A stretch of 64,000 nucleotides of DNA from the IMG/VR virus record IMGVR_UViG_3300035115_000017, positions 2,342 to 66,341 of that record; one strand, given 5' to 3'. The notes under the pieces are model-generated. The model worked only from the letters and a program-made list of their open reading frames with translations, had not been told where the DNA came from and ran no database searches. This DNA is from a virus. The translations under genes and the position numbers were made by a program. Below are positions 18,279 to 29,770 of the stretch, piece by piece. Each line of letters begins with the position of its first letter. The stretch's first letter is position 1.

Positions 18279-19529
18279 ATGCCATCATCCCCTAAACTGG
18301 ATTTACGCCAGATCCGTCTACGCGACAGGTATCTGGCTGATTATCCAAATACAATCTACGGGCTCGGGGAATGGCGCAGATATGACAATGGAGTTTGGCC
18401 TGTCGTTCACGAATTACTGATTCGCCGTGAGATCCAAGAATCAGTAATGGGCCAACGACAGGTAGCTATCAAAGTTGACAATGCTCTCATCAACTCCCTT
18501 TATAATCTTATCAAAGCTCACAGATTTATTTCCGACAGCCAATTCGATCGAGATAAAGGCTTGCTTATATTTGACGATTGCACACTTGACTTCCTGACCG
18601 GAGAACGTCGTGGGCACTTGCCTGAGAATTATCGAACCTCGAAGTTGCCTTTTGCTTATGATCCTGACGCAACTTCGGATTGTTGGTTAAAGTTTCTGTT
18701 TGAAGTCGTCGGCGAAGAAGTAGCCAACTTCCTGCAAGAATTTGCGGGATATGCAATCACTGGATTAACAAAGTATGAGATAGCCGTTTGGTTGTATGGC
18801 CCTCCCGGTGGCGGCAAATCTACATTTATCACCGGATTAGAGTCGATGTTAGGTGCGCAGTGTGGAGTACTCGGGCTATCGGATATTGAGACAAGTAACT
18901 TCGGCCTTACCAATCTCCCCGGCAAGACTCTGGTAATCTCGACTGAACAACCCGCCCATTTCATCAAATCCGCCCATATCGTCAACGCGCTTATTTCTGG
19001 TGAGAGAGTCACCGTAGATCGTAAGTTCCGCGATCCTGTCACTTTCGCCTCTCAGTGCAAAATCCTCTGGGCGATGAATGAGCTGCCGCGAGTGGATGAC
19101 AAAGGCGCTGGTATCTTTCGCCGAGTGAAACTGGTCCATTTCCCATCAATCGACGAAAACAAACGAGATCCGCGCGTGAAAGAGGAAATTCAAGTGTCCG
19201 GTATGGCAATCCTCAACTGGGCGCGAATCGGATTGCAGCGACTTCTTCAACGCGGACGATTCCAGATTCCCGACGTAGTTCAAGCGGCAACTGAGCACTA
19301 TCGGATCAACAATGATATTCCGAGGATGTTTGTTGAGGAGCGTTGTGAGGCCGATTCTACTGGGAAAATTCAAGCACAAACTCTCTATGAAATGTACCGA
19401 GAATGGTGCTCCGATACGGGCCATAAGCCCCTTGCCTCGCCCCGCTTCTCCGAAGAAATGCAACGCCTTGGATTCCATAAAGTCAAGATTGGCAACGTTT
19501 ACTATCGAGGGCTGAAGCTGCGTGCATGA
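18279..19529 (+). CDS. D5/P4-alpha-type SF3 helicase without a recognisable primase domain
   Basis: D5_N-like region, Walker A GPPGGGKST, LWAMNELP, C-terminal winged helix LYEMYREWC. Confidence 0.88.
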   Translation: MPSSPKLDLRQIRLRDRYLADYPNTIYGLGEWRRYDNGVWPVVHELLIRREIQESVMGQRQVAIKVDNALINSLYNLIKAHRFISDSQFDRDKGLLIFDDCTLDFLTGERRGHLPENYRTSKLPFAYDPDATSDCWLKFLFEVVGEEVANFLQEFAGYAITGLTKYEIAVWLYGPPGGGKSTFITGLESMLGAQCGVLGLSDIETSNFGLTNLPGKTLVISTEQPAHFIKSAHIVNALISGERVTVDRKFRDPVTFASQCKILWAMNELPRVDDKGAGIFRRVKLVHFPSIDENKRDPRVKEEIQVSGMAILNWARIGLQRLLQRGRFQIPDVVQAATEHYRINNDIPRMFVEERCEADSTGKIQAQTLYEMYREWCSDTGHKPLASPRFSEEMQRLGFHKVKIGNVYYRGLKLRA

Positions 19530-19543
19530 TAACCGTGCAATTG

Positions 19544-19652
19544 GGGAGGATAGGGAGGATAGGGAGGCATTCTCTATTTATACTCTATTACTATCGCGCC
19601 GCCCGAGGTAAAATATACAGGGTAAATAGGTTAGTCCTCCCTATCCTCCCTA
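19544..19652. repeat. Inverted GGGAGGATA iterons flanking an AT-rich spacer; candidate replication origin
   Basis: GGGAGGATA x2 plus GGGAGG at 19544-19567; CCTCCCTATCCTCCCTA at 19636-19652. Confidence 0.6.
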
Positions 19653-19681
19653 GTGGTCGAACAACGGAGTTAAACTTTCGG

Positions 19682-21352
19682 TCAACTTGACTCACTTCCC
19701 TCTCCCTTGAGTTGCTCAAGAGCGGCGACACGTATCGGACATTGCGGCGGAGGTGCAGTGCCGCTATCTACGACTCGGTGCTTCCAGTGGTAGCGGTCCT
19801 CTCCCACGACGTGCTCGGTAAAGGTGCCCAATGCGTTCCGATGTCCACAGATCGACTTAGCGCCACCTTCAGTGAATGCGCCGGAGTGATCCACGAATGG
19901 GCAGTCGCCGCAAGTGGGGATAGATAGTTGCACGCACTCTCCAATAGCGTCACGCCGGGCGGTGGTGTCGCGTCTGCGAAGTTCAGCTACAAGCAACTCG
20001 ACGCAGTTCTTTCCAGTGTTGTCCTTGACCGCTTCGCGCAAGTCAAATCCGATTTCGTCGGCCCAGCGAAAGCAAGGCAGAATGTAATTCTGTTCGTATT
20101 CGCGATACTTGGCTGTGAGTCGTTCTACCTCACCTTTAAGCCGCTCGATTTCATCCGCGCTTTCGCGTAACTGATCCAGCTCCGCACTGACTTCCTTGAT
20201 TCTGGCGATGATTTCAGGCGTGGACATGACGCGACCATTACGCGCGATGAAGGTTAAATCAAGGAACGACGTGATATGGCCCATCGCCTCAACTTCTGGT
20301 TGCTGTGCTGGTAAGTAACGAGAGAGGATTGCTCGGACTGTTCGAGAATCCGGTAACTCGTCAATCTCAACTGACAGAAAGTGGTCCATAATCTCTCTAA
20401 CAACATCTTCTACTGCTGTTGTGGTTGGGGTAGTAGTGCCGTCTCCGCATGTGCAAATCGCGTCAGCCCGAATCCAGACATCGCACTCGACAGTATGGCC
20501 CGCTGACTGACGCTGTTCTTTTTGTTTTCTCTCTTGCTCTAGTAAATTTTCCGCTAGCTGAAATACCAAGTCATTAGTGAAGCCGGAATCCGCTAGCCTC
20601 GTCCTAATTTCTTCGACTAAACGTAGAGCGCTGTCTGAAACCCTACGGCCCTCATAAGGATCGGCTTCTGGTTGCGCTACTGGTGGAACAGGGGCGGGAT
20701 GTGTACCAGTGAATCGCGCTTCCTTTCCGCAGAGCGGACAACCGATTTTCAGGCCGCGTGATAATGGTCGGCTTTCATCGGTAGACTTCCAACCACAGGA
20801 ACTGCAAGCGTAATCGCCAATGTCTCGCCGCTCCCCCGTCTGTTCAGTTGATGCAGAGTCGGCTTCAGTTGATGCGGGGAATACACTGTATTCGTCGGAC
20901 ATTGCACAATGGCACCCGCACGCCGCGGTGATACCGTTGATCGCCGTCGGCACTTGACAGCATCCGTTTTCGTCGCGTAGGTCTGTGTGCTTACACAAGA
21001 TGCAGCTCGCCGCGCAGTGTGCGCACGTCTGCTGCCGGATTGTTACCTGAAAATGACATCGACAGTAGCATCGCCCCCCGCACCGCGTACTCGTCTCGGT
21101 GGGGGCGGTGGCGCGGAATTCACTACATGGTTCGTCCAATCCGCGACAGCCTAAGCACTCATCGTGGTCGCTGAATAGTTCGTGGTCTGATTTAGGATGG
21201 CCGCAAACGCATTTCGTAGTTCCACCGTCTTTAAGCTGGGAGAGTAAGTAGTCGATGTAACTCAGCAACCGCGAACACGTCATACATTCAACGTTGCCCC
21301 ATAGCGGCGCACAACCTTCTTTGATTTCATCAATTGTGTATTGAGTGCTCAT
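19682..21352 (-). CDS. Cys-rich mosaic hypothetical protein
   Basis: 556-aa ORF with many CxxC/CxC pairs and a coiled coil; overlap with the upstream stop. Confidence 0.7.
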   Translation of the reverse strand: MSTQYTIDEIKEGCAPLWGNVECMTCSRLLSYIDYLLSQLKDGGTTKCVCGHPKSDHELFSDHDECLGCRGLDEPCSEFRATAPTETSTRCGGRCYCRCHFQVTIRQQTCAHCAASCILCKHTDLRDENGCCQVPTAINGITAACGCHCAMSDEYSVFPASTEADSASTEQTGERRDIGDYACSSCGWKSTDESRPLSRGLKIGCPLCGKEARFTGTHPAPVPPVAQPEADPYEGRRVSDSALRLVEEIRTRLADSGFTNDLVFQLAENLLEQERKQKEQRQSAGHTVECDVWIRADAICTCGDGTTTPTTTAVEDVVREIMDHFLSVEIDELPDSRTVRAILSRYLPAQQPEVEAMGHITSFLDLTFIARNGRVMSTPEIIARIKEVSAELDQLRESADEIERLKGEVERLTAKYREYEQNYILPCFRWADEIGFDLREAVKDNTGKNCVELLVAELRRRDTTARRDAIGECVQLSIPTCGDCPFVDHSGAFTEGGAKSICGHRNALGTFTEHVVGEDRYHWKHRVVDSGTAPPPQCPIRVAALEQLKGEGSESS

Positions 21353-24294
21353 GCTGTTGTGCCTTTCACTTTCGACGGGAACTCGACCTCGTGTTCCTTC
21401 GCCCGCTTCACCATTGCGGGCCGAAGTTCCTTCTTCAGTTCGTCTGCGAGGTTCTGTAACTCGACGGCCTTGTCTCGCTGTCGCTGGCTAAACAACTGCG
21501 TTGCTTTCTTTTCCAGATAAGCGCAGCAATCATCCAAGCCACTGTAATGACCGTCCAGCCACTTTTGCGTGGCGAGATTGTCCAGTGAATAAACCTCGCC
21601 GTCGTCATCCTTTAGTAGCGTTTCTCTGCTCACGATGATTCACAGCCTTTCACTTCGTCGTGCTCACGAATTACCCCTGCGAGCACTTCCTGCACTTCCT
21701 GAAGTTCTCCGTCGATGATCCTGCGGCCCCATTCCAAAACATTCTCAGGAACGCCGCTGGTTAACTTTGCTGATAACTCAGTTGCGAACCTACTAGCCAT
21801 TCCCTTCACCTACCTTTCCGCTTAGTGCGGCGCGAGATTCGATCACGGCAGCTTCAATTGCGGCCCACACTTCAGGCGCGATCCACTTGCGACTTTCAGC
21901 GTCCGCTAGCAGCGCCTCGTAAGGTATCGCTGCTTTCACCAGCGCCTCCCGCAGTCGGCCTACCTCTTCACGTAATTCATTCCGTTCAGCAACCACCTTT
22001 GTTAACAGCTCGTGTTCGGACTCGAAGCGATCAGTTGCCGCGCGAATCTCTGCGAGTAGTGCGTCATGTTCATTAACAGCGGTGACGATCTTGTTTCCCC
22101 ATTTCAATCCTTCGGCAAACCGGACAGGATTAACGTCTTCCAGTGCTGTGTTTATAGGAATTCCGTAAACCGTAGCAATTGGTTCGTCGCCTTGATAAAT
22201 CACGTTGGCGTTATAAACTCCGTATTCGCCTGCGAGTCCGAGTGTGAGATCTTTCGCTGTCGCCTCATTGCTCATTGGGGTTGCTCCTGCGTTGTCGTCT
22301 CCTCTGACTCTGTGTACGACATCTCCCAACAAGGGGCCACCACTGATAGCGAAATACGCGGCCCCACCGATATTCTGTCGTATGCTCCTGTTCTGCTTTA
22401 CAGTTCAAACACCGCCTTCTCCGTATAAAGGAATTCGGGTTCTGAAATTCTTCCCATTGGTGTTTCACCTTAGTTGCTCTTCGCGTCTTAGCTCAAGTAG
22501 TAAGACATTAATCAGAGATGCGGCATCGTACAATTCCTGCTTACACTTTCTGTCGAGCGGCTCACTTGTCGGCCAGTGATCGGCTATTTGTTCAAGATAC
22601 TTCACGGTTAATACGGCCATGATTTCAGGATCGTCTCTCAACGGATCAATCAGCAACTCGGATACGACGCCATCGTTAGTGCGGGATGAGATCCGTACTG
22701 TCACCTGCTCAATGTTTTTCCGCCATGTCTGGGCGTCTTTTTTATTCAGCTTCATCTCAGTTGATTTACTCGCAAGTCGCGCAACGCTTCCGCGACATAT
22801 TCAGACTCGGTGTCGCGCCATTGTTCCTCGTCAGTTTCCAGCCACTCACCAACAGACTTGAGAACGCGCTCAAGCAAGCGATCAGGCCCGGCAATCAGCC
22901 CGTGGTCCTTCTCGACGTGATCCTTAAAAGCCTCTTGCAACCGTTCCTTCAGCGTGTCAGCCATCTATTCCCCTTTCCCTGCAATCACTGGGAGTCAGTC
23001 GTCGAAGTGACAACAGTCCTCATCATCCGCGTCCATTCCGCTCCCGCAATTCGTACAGGTGTGATCATTCTCCACGTCCGCGCTCATCAGTTGCGCCTCG
23101 CAGTTGAGACAGTAGCCGTGGTCGTAGTCTGAGCGGGATTCGGTAACTCGCTCGCGGAGTCGTTCCCTTAGCTTGTCAGCGTCGATCATTTCATTACCCT
23201 CTCATTCCCGACGCGGAACATCTCGCGCATGTCGGAGTTTTGCTGCAACTCGCGTCGTTCCGCTCGCTTCCCCTGCTCATACCAGTACTCAGCACACTCG
23301 CGCTCAGTGGTCTTCGTCATCGACAACGGCGCAAGTTCCCAGTCGTCATCGAAAGAGGGGAGTAGGTAACCTCCATTTACACGAACCTCCGCATTCGTCG
23401 CGTCAATCGCCGCATCGATCACTCGTGCTCGCTCAGTCTGAGAGAGTCGATGAAGTGCGCAGTCGCAGTCGGGTTCGCTCAACGCCTCCCGCACTCGTTC
23501 CAGCACTTGTCGTTTCTCGAATTTGATGGCGGCGGCACACATGGCGCATGGGTTACCTGCGTTAGCCTGACACGTCGCGGAGTCGTGGGTGGTGGTTGTA
23601 GTCATTGTCGTCTGATCCTTTCTGCTGCTTGCGCAATTACGCTTCGTATGCCCGCCGCTTCACGGCGCAGCTTGTCAGCCAGCTTTTAACTGCGCATCCA
23701 CTTGATGCGTGGACCAACCCCCGGAACGCGACTGGCCAGCCCACAGATCCATCTGGTTAGCGTCGCGATCCTTCTCTTCCGCTGCGCCTTGCAACGCAAT
23801 GATTAAGGTTTGGGTAAGTTCGTCAGTCATTGTCCGAATTCCTCCCTGATGAGTGCGGTTAGCTTCCGCGCGAAGTCGATAGCCCGGCGCTCCTCGCCTA
23901 CCTGAAATCCGATCTTTGCAGTTACGTGCGGCCACTCTCGCGCGCCGCCGAATGCATCTTTTTCGGAACCGTTATAATGCTCGTGAATCTCGACGGTGTG
24001 AGCATTACCGACTTTGCAATTATTTCCAATCCTGCCCTCAATACTGATCTTGCTCATCCTTCGCCTCCTCGGGTGGTGGGGTTAGTCGTCGCGATCTCCG
24101 CCGTCGTTGGTTATTCCATAAACTTCATCTATGAGCGTGTCGCCCGTATATGGCTCACCGTCGCCGCACCTGTGGACCTCAAGCGTGCCGCTGTTTGAAA
24201 ATAACGCAAGCGTTTTAGGCCACGTCTTAGCGAGCTTCCGTAAACGCGCAATCGCAGCCTTTTCCTTCGTAGTCAGATCGTCAAAATCAATCAT
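21349..24294 (-). other. Cluster of small early hypothetical genes (21349-21633, 21793-22275, 22265-22468, 22465-22755, 22752-22964, 22995-23189, 23186-23605, 23827-24057, 24082-24294)
   Basis: Contiguous minus-strand ORFs with ATGA overlaps and SD motifs; Zn-finger motifs in 22265-22468 and 22995-23189. Confidence 0.6.
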
Positions 24295-24494
24295 CTGCTC
24301 CCTCTCCCTTTCGGCCCCGGCTTCGTCTCTCGGTTGCGAATAATCCCGAGTTGCTCAGCCGTGAACAATTGATTGCGTCCGACTGTTTGGATCGGCCCGA
24401 GATGTCGGCGCAGGTCGCGCACGATCTGCGACACTCGCGCAGGCGTCACCTTGAGCCGCCTTGCTACTTCTCTCGTTGTCAATAGTCCGTTCAT
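24291..24494 (-). CDS. Helix-turn-helix DNA-binding protein
   Basis: LLTTREVARRLKVTPARVSQIV; TTGACA...GATAAT promoter just upstream of ATG 24494. Confidence 0.75.
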   Translation of the reverse strand: MNGLLTTREVARRLKVTPARVSQIVRDLRRHLGPIQTVGRNQLFTAEQLGIIRNRETKPGPKGRGSR

Positions 24495-24568
24495 TGCTTC
24501 ATTATCCACAAATGAAATTATTTGTCAATAGTGATTATGACGCAGTAAGCCGCAGTCTGATCACCCTC

Positions 24569-27500
24569 TCACCCCTCCCGGCGCAGAGTGGTGAGGGCGT
24601 CGCGAATCTGATTGATGACAGGCCACGCTCTCGCTCCCGGTATCCACGGATGTTGTTGATTGTCCAGCGGGATAAATTCACCTTTCTCTACCACTCCACC
24701 TGATTGCGAGTCCGCGAAGAACGCAGCTTCGACTGTTTCCAGCGCAGCCACCAGTCGCGGCACGGCAGTGTGGTCAGCGATGATTTGCGCGGCGATTTCC
24801 GGCTTAACCAGCAACACGCCGATAGTCTGATTATTTTGAATTAAGTGATAATAATCAGAGGCAGTCTCATTCGCGACTACCGACCACTCCCCGGTCTCCG
24901 GCGCGGGTTGCGTGCGTTGTGACTTGAGATACTGTTCAGCTTCGTACTCGATAGCCTTCGCGGCTTCTTCCGCGCTCCAATCGCCACCGACGCCATCTGA
25001 TCCATTTTGCATAATTCCGTAGAGATATTCAGTTAGGGTTTTAGCCATCGTCTGACTTCCTTTCCAAGTTGCGGTCTGATGGGTTGAGTTAATCCCAGCA
25101 ATCACATTCGTATTCGTAGACGCCCTCTGTCTCCGGTAATTCACACAACGGGCAGACGTAGACGTTGCTCGGGTATATCGCAGGTTTGAACCAGCGTTCA
25201 GTTTCCCAGCGCTCCGGGTTATCGCGCTCATAGTCAGTGTTCACGATCATCCTTCCCCGTCCTTTCGTGGCGAGCTAATTCCTGCTTGCGCTCAGTCGTT
25301 TAATTTCCCGATCGCTAAACTCAGTCGCTATGCGCATCAATTGCTCAGCACTCCCGGCATAGAGCGCACCAGAAAGTGAGGCGAGCACGGCAGCGGCAGA
25401 TTTCAGTTCTCGATCATCGCTTTGTTTGTAAGTATCGATCAGTATGCGCAGGTTAAGTAGTAGTTGATTGCGTTCAGTGCTCATTGTTCATCGTCCTTTC
25501 GTGGCTCGCTACTTAGGCGTTCAATCTCGGAACAGATGAAAGCAACGTACTGCGCAGGAGTAGCGTAGAAATAGTTGACGCCCTGCCCGTTAACTTCAAT
25601 AGCTATCTTGTAATCCTTTGGGCGTCTCTCGACTGACAGGGTAGAACCGTTGTCATCACGAATTCTAAATACTACTTGTTCATCATTGGTTGCCGTCGTC
25701 GTCATTGCCATCCTTCCTTTCTCGATCAATCCGCTCACTCTCCCGCCGCACTGCTTCCAGCAACGACTACTTACATCGCTGTTTAATATCAGCAAGTCGT
25801 TGGCGTAACTCAAGCCATCGATGATCATCGATAACACCGAAGGCGGCAGTAATTATTAGCAATACTACAAGCAGCCCTACGGCTATCGGACCGTAAGGAT
25901 CGTTAGGCGTCTTGTTGTTCATCGTTATTCTGCTCCTGCCTGATCTTCTCGGCTTCGGCTCTCACTGCTTCCAGTAACGACTCAGTCTCGTGGTACTCCT
26001 GACAACCGGGGCAGTAGAAGCGTTGGGGGCGGGGTTGGGAAGAGATTTGATCGATGGTTACATCCATTAGTGATTCTCCATCAGGCTGATCGCTATGCTG
26101 ATCAACGCATTCACCTGCGCTCGTGGCACATCTTCGTAAGTCAGATCCAGTGCAGCATTGCAGTGGTACGCTGCTGCGTCTCGACTTCGGGCTACGTCGA
26201 TCAGCTTCTTGAGCGGCTCACTAAAACTCAGTGCTTGCTTAGCACTGTAGGACGCATCCGGCGCACCGTCCGCAATCCCGTCAAAGTGTTCGTAGATGTC
26301 TTGCAATAGCTGAATATCTTTGTTTGTCATTACCTAATCCTCTCGTTTAAGCCCCGCAGGGCAATTCTGACTAAAAACCCTCGTCCGACTACCTTTTCGC
26401 CAGTCTGATGCGTTCTACGGCCTCAAGCGGCCCCGTATCGGGCTATTCTTGCCATCTAGCGGGCGACAGGGGCGACTTTCTGCTCCCGGACGACTCGCAA
26501 GACCTTCCGAGCCCGGAAAACGCCTCTACCGCGCTCAAGTCGTCCTCTTTCCAGTCTCCCCTACCCCCGCACGCGGCTGAGAGCGTCGTCAATCGCATCT
26601 CTGACAGGTTCCGCGTCTGATGTATCTACTACGGCGTACTCTCCGACACTGCCGCTTAGGATTCTTGTCAACCAGTCGTGCGCCTGTTCCAGTGCCGCGA
26701 CGAGTTGCGCGTGATTCTCAACGTATTCCTTAGCCACTAGCGCCGCCTGTTCAAGTTTGAGAAATCCGTTTTCTGAGCGCATCGTCTCGCGGTCGTAGTT
26801 GCAAGTATTCATAGCGACGAGGGATTCCGCTGCTTTAATAAGTCGATCAAGCGGGGTCTGATCACCCACTGCCCGCTCCGATTCCGGTTGCAGTTGCGGG
26901 TCGTAGCCGAGTGCGGTCTTTACGAACGAACAGCTTGCCTTGTGTCGTTGGTAACGCTCCCCTGAGACGCCACCGCATTCGGCGCAAGGTGTCACCACCG
27001 CGCACACATGCTCCTCCATACTCGCATTCGTCCCCTCTTCCCCACACTCATCACAAGTCGCGAGATACTCAGGGGCGGACATTTCCTCGAAGATTTGATC
27101 GAATTCAGTGGTCATTGGAATTCTCCTTCGCTATCTCAGATTGTTCTATCTCAATCAATCCATCCGCGTGATTCTTAATTCGCACCAGTCCGCGATTCAT
27201 CAAGCTCAACACGAGCGGCAAGTAGCCTTCATGAATCTTGATCACCTCTCCACGTGCTACGTGTCTCGTGATTACTTCTTCAGGATTCCATGTTGTAGTC
27301 ATTTCGTCCTCCGATAGCTCTCACGATAGGTTTTATTAACCAGTGGCCACAGACGCTTAGACACATTGCCTTTAGCCTGATGTATCGCCAGTGAAGTCAA
27401 TACAATTGCGCGAGTGTTGCCAGACTCCAGCGCTAGCTTATACGCTTCTAATGCTTGCCAGAACTGTGCGTTATGAAATTGCTTGATTGTCACTCCTGTC

Positions 27501-28478
27501 GCACTCATCCCTCACACTCCTTTTTGCGTTTGTCTGATCGTTTACTCACTCAATGTGACAAACATCGTTCTTCCATAACTCAGCGTCGTGTACATGATTC
27601 CGTTAGTAATACGCTTTGGGCCATCCTGAGGAAAGCGCCTGATTAGACTTTCCTGCATCTCCTTTACCGACCGCCAACCACTCTCGCCAGCGAAGGTTAC
27701 AGGCGGCTTGACTCGTGGCGGTATTCGCGTACCGTCAAGGGCTACGTCTTCCGGCCAATGTTCAATGACGGTCATTTTCATGGCCTGATTCTCCAAGAGG
27801 CCGATGAAGCCGCTTCTTGTTTCGTCTTCGCTTCTCGTATCGCTACCACGAAATTCCCGCACGAGTTGTAAACTTCGATTCCCCTGAATCCATCTTTCTC
27901 GTACGCGGTAAACGAATCATCTGAATGGCCCACGAGCCATACCCCGCTAATCCCAAGCGTGTGGTTACTCGCTCGTTCAATTGATTCAGCTTTCCTGAAT
28001 CCCGCGGTCTCCGTTTGCTGAACACAGTCAGTCATCGGATCAAAGTCTGACAGGTTCATCACGTAGAGACTGCCCGCGTTTTTGCGAATGAACGACTTGA
28101 AAGTGGCCTTAGTAATCTTCGTGCTCATCACCTGATCCTCCTCCAACATTTTGTACGCAACTGGCGTGAGTCAACTGTTCCCGTGTAAGCATTTGTCCGT
28201 TCCCTACCTATAGCCCCCTCGATATAGGTAGAAAACTGAGAAACCTACCCATGTGCTTACAGTCTCGGCTTGCTTGCCCGTACCGTGAACACTTGCCAGC
28301 CTTCACGGGTCAACCTGTTCGGAATTCGCATCGTCGCAACCGCGCTCGCTACCCATTCCTGAGTCTCGGGATTGAACGCCCCGTAGATAATCCGAAACGG
28401 GAATGAATTTTTCAGATTTTGCAATTCTTGTAACTGTGCTTCGTTCGGTTGATAGGTTGTAATGTTAGTTGTCATCAT
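24569..28478 (-). other. Cluster of small early hypothetical genes (24569-25048, 25275-25484, 25481-25711, 26067-26330, 26561-27115, 27105-27302, 27299-27508, 27542-27781, 27778-28128, 28257-28478)
   Basis: Same-strand ORFs with SD motifs and overlaps; shared LVAALE helical module in 24569-25048 and 26561-27115. Confidence 0.55.
28204..28231. repeat. Intergenic inverted repeat
   Basis: CTACCTATA-10 nt-TATAGGTAG. Confidence 0.45.
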
Positions 28479-28515
28479 CTCTCATCAATTCCCTTCGTCT
28501 AAGAGTGAGTGCGGG

Positions 28516-28932
28516 CTAGTTGCTCGAATCAAACTCCCACGGATTCTCGTCATCGGCGTACATTGACAATATCTCGCCGTGCTCGTTCGCAAACTCCATC
28601 TGCTCCGGCGTGTGGTTCTCAAAGTATTCATCATCGGTATCGCCCCGTCTGAGCACGAGAAAACTTAACAGCGCTCGTACTGCCTCGTCTGAATCGATAG
28701 CGTGCATAGGCGAACAGGAAAAGTCAGCACCCTCAAATATGACCTTACCGTCTGGTCCCTGAAACTGATACTCAAGAATTGACTTGCCTAGTTCATCCCT
28801 GCGACCACTATCGAAAGTGTTCAAGGTAAAACTAATCGCAGGATCGCGATACGGCCTGAGCGTTACATTGCGTAAATGGTTATCAGTGTCAAACATTTTA
28901 TTAGTCTCCTCTTTCGTATTCGTCTCGCTCAT
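28516..28932 (-). CDS. Acidic phage early hypothetical protein
   Basis: 138 aa; directly follows a consensus promoter. Confidence 0.7.
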   Translation of the reverse strand: MSETNTKEETNKMFDTDNHLRNVTLRPYRDPAISFTLNTFDSGRRDELGKSILEYQFQGPDGKVIFEGADFSCSPMHAIDSDEAVRALLSFLVLRRGDTDDEYFENHTPEQMEFANEHGEILSMYADDENPWEFDSSN

Positions 28933-28941
28933 CGTGAGTGC

Positions 28942-28970
28942 ATCCTACTCCTGTTGCTATACAATGTCAA
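28942..28970 (-). promoter_or_regulatory. Early sigma70-type promoter
   Basis: TTGACA-17 bp-TAGGAT. Confidence 0.7.
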
Positions 28971-28979
28971 GCGAAATAA

Positions 28980-29426
28980 TTAACTTTCCTCGAACAGTCT
29001 AAGAGTTAGCCGATGCGCAAGTTCGCGGCCACGGTCGTACACTTCAATTTCTGGATCGTCAAAGCTTGTAGTCATCGTCTGTCTAAACTCTCGTATTCCA
29101 AGTAGGAATATGCTGATTTTTCTCATCGTGGTTATCCTCCCTGTTGTCGGTTGATAGAATTGCCGCAGTTCTGAAACACCCTCGGGCGCTATTAGGTATT
29201 TGCCGCAGTTCTCACAGGTGGTGCCCGCTTCCATTTCAGACTCAGACTGCGTTCCTGCCTTGATATTGCAGTTGTATTCGGCAGTTGGCGCAATCTCTCG
29301 ACATTGTTCGGAGCAGAAGAAATGCACGCCGCCGGAGTATTGATTTGGGTCTTCCAGTTCAAAGTAAACTGGCCATTCTCTTGTTGCTCGTGTTTGCCTA
29401 ATCATTTTGGTCTGTCTCCCTTTCAC
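28980..29426 (-). CDS. Hypothetical protein with CxxC motifs
   Basis: FCSEQC and CENC motifs. Confidence 0.5.
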   Translation of the reverse strand: MKGRQTKMIRQTRATREWPVYFELEDPNQYSGGVHFFCSEQCREIAPTAEYNCNIKAGTQSESEMEAGTTCENCGKYLIAPEGVSELRQFYQPTTGRITTMRKISIFLLGIREFRQTMTTSFDDPEIEVYDRGRELAHRLTLRLFEES

Positions 29427-29648
29427 CTAAACATCAATCCAGCATCCGGTAAACGTTCCCTGTCGGCGGATCATCCATTCCGCCCAGCCGATGCCTATAT
29501 GCTTTTCGATGGTTTCAAACGTCTCCCAACTACGATGGCCGTCAGCGTCTTCGAGCCATGCGCCGCCAGTGATTGCATAAGTGAAGTTGAATCGTTTGAT
29601 TGCTTGCCAGTTCATGTTAGTCTCCTTAGCTGTACTCGCGTTGTCCAT
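29427..29648 (-). CDS. First gene of the leftward early operon
   Basis: ATG 29648 lies 7 nt from a -10 box (an alternative internal start with SD aaggag exists). Confidence 0.5.
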   Translation of the reverse strand: MDNASTAKETNMNWQAIKRFNFTYAITGGAWLEDADGHRSWETFETIEKHIGIGWAEWMIRRQGTFTGCWIDV

Positions 29649-29655
29649 GCCCAAC

Positions 29656-29684
29656 ACTCTACTATCATTGTCTAGCGTTGTCAA
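29656..29684 (-). promoter_or_regulatory. Leftward promoter of the divergent switch
   Basis: TTGACA-17 bp-TAGAGT. Confidence 0.65.
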
Positions 29685-29731
29685 GCATAATCTCAGTTAT
29701 TTCTTCGTTCAAGTTGACCGCAAATAAATGC

Positions 29732-29760
29732 TTGACATAGATTGACGGCTAGTGTAGTCT
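29732..29760 (+). promoter_or_regulatory. Rightward promoter of the divergent switch
   Basis: TTGACA-17 bp-TAGTCT. Confidence 0.65.
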
Positions 29761-29770
29761 ACCTCTCGAC

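Noticed and set aside
26331-26560. GC-rich 230-nt gap as a tRNA or ncRNA
   Set aside because: No cloverleaf or T-loop motif, only a short GCCC/GGGC hairpin; insufficient support
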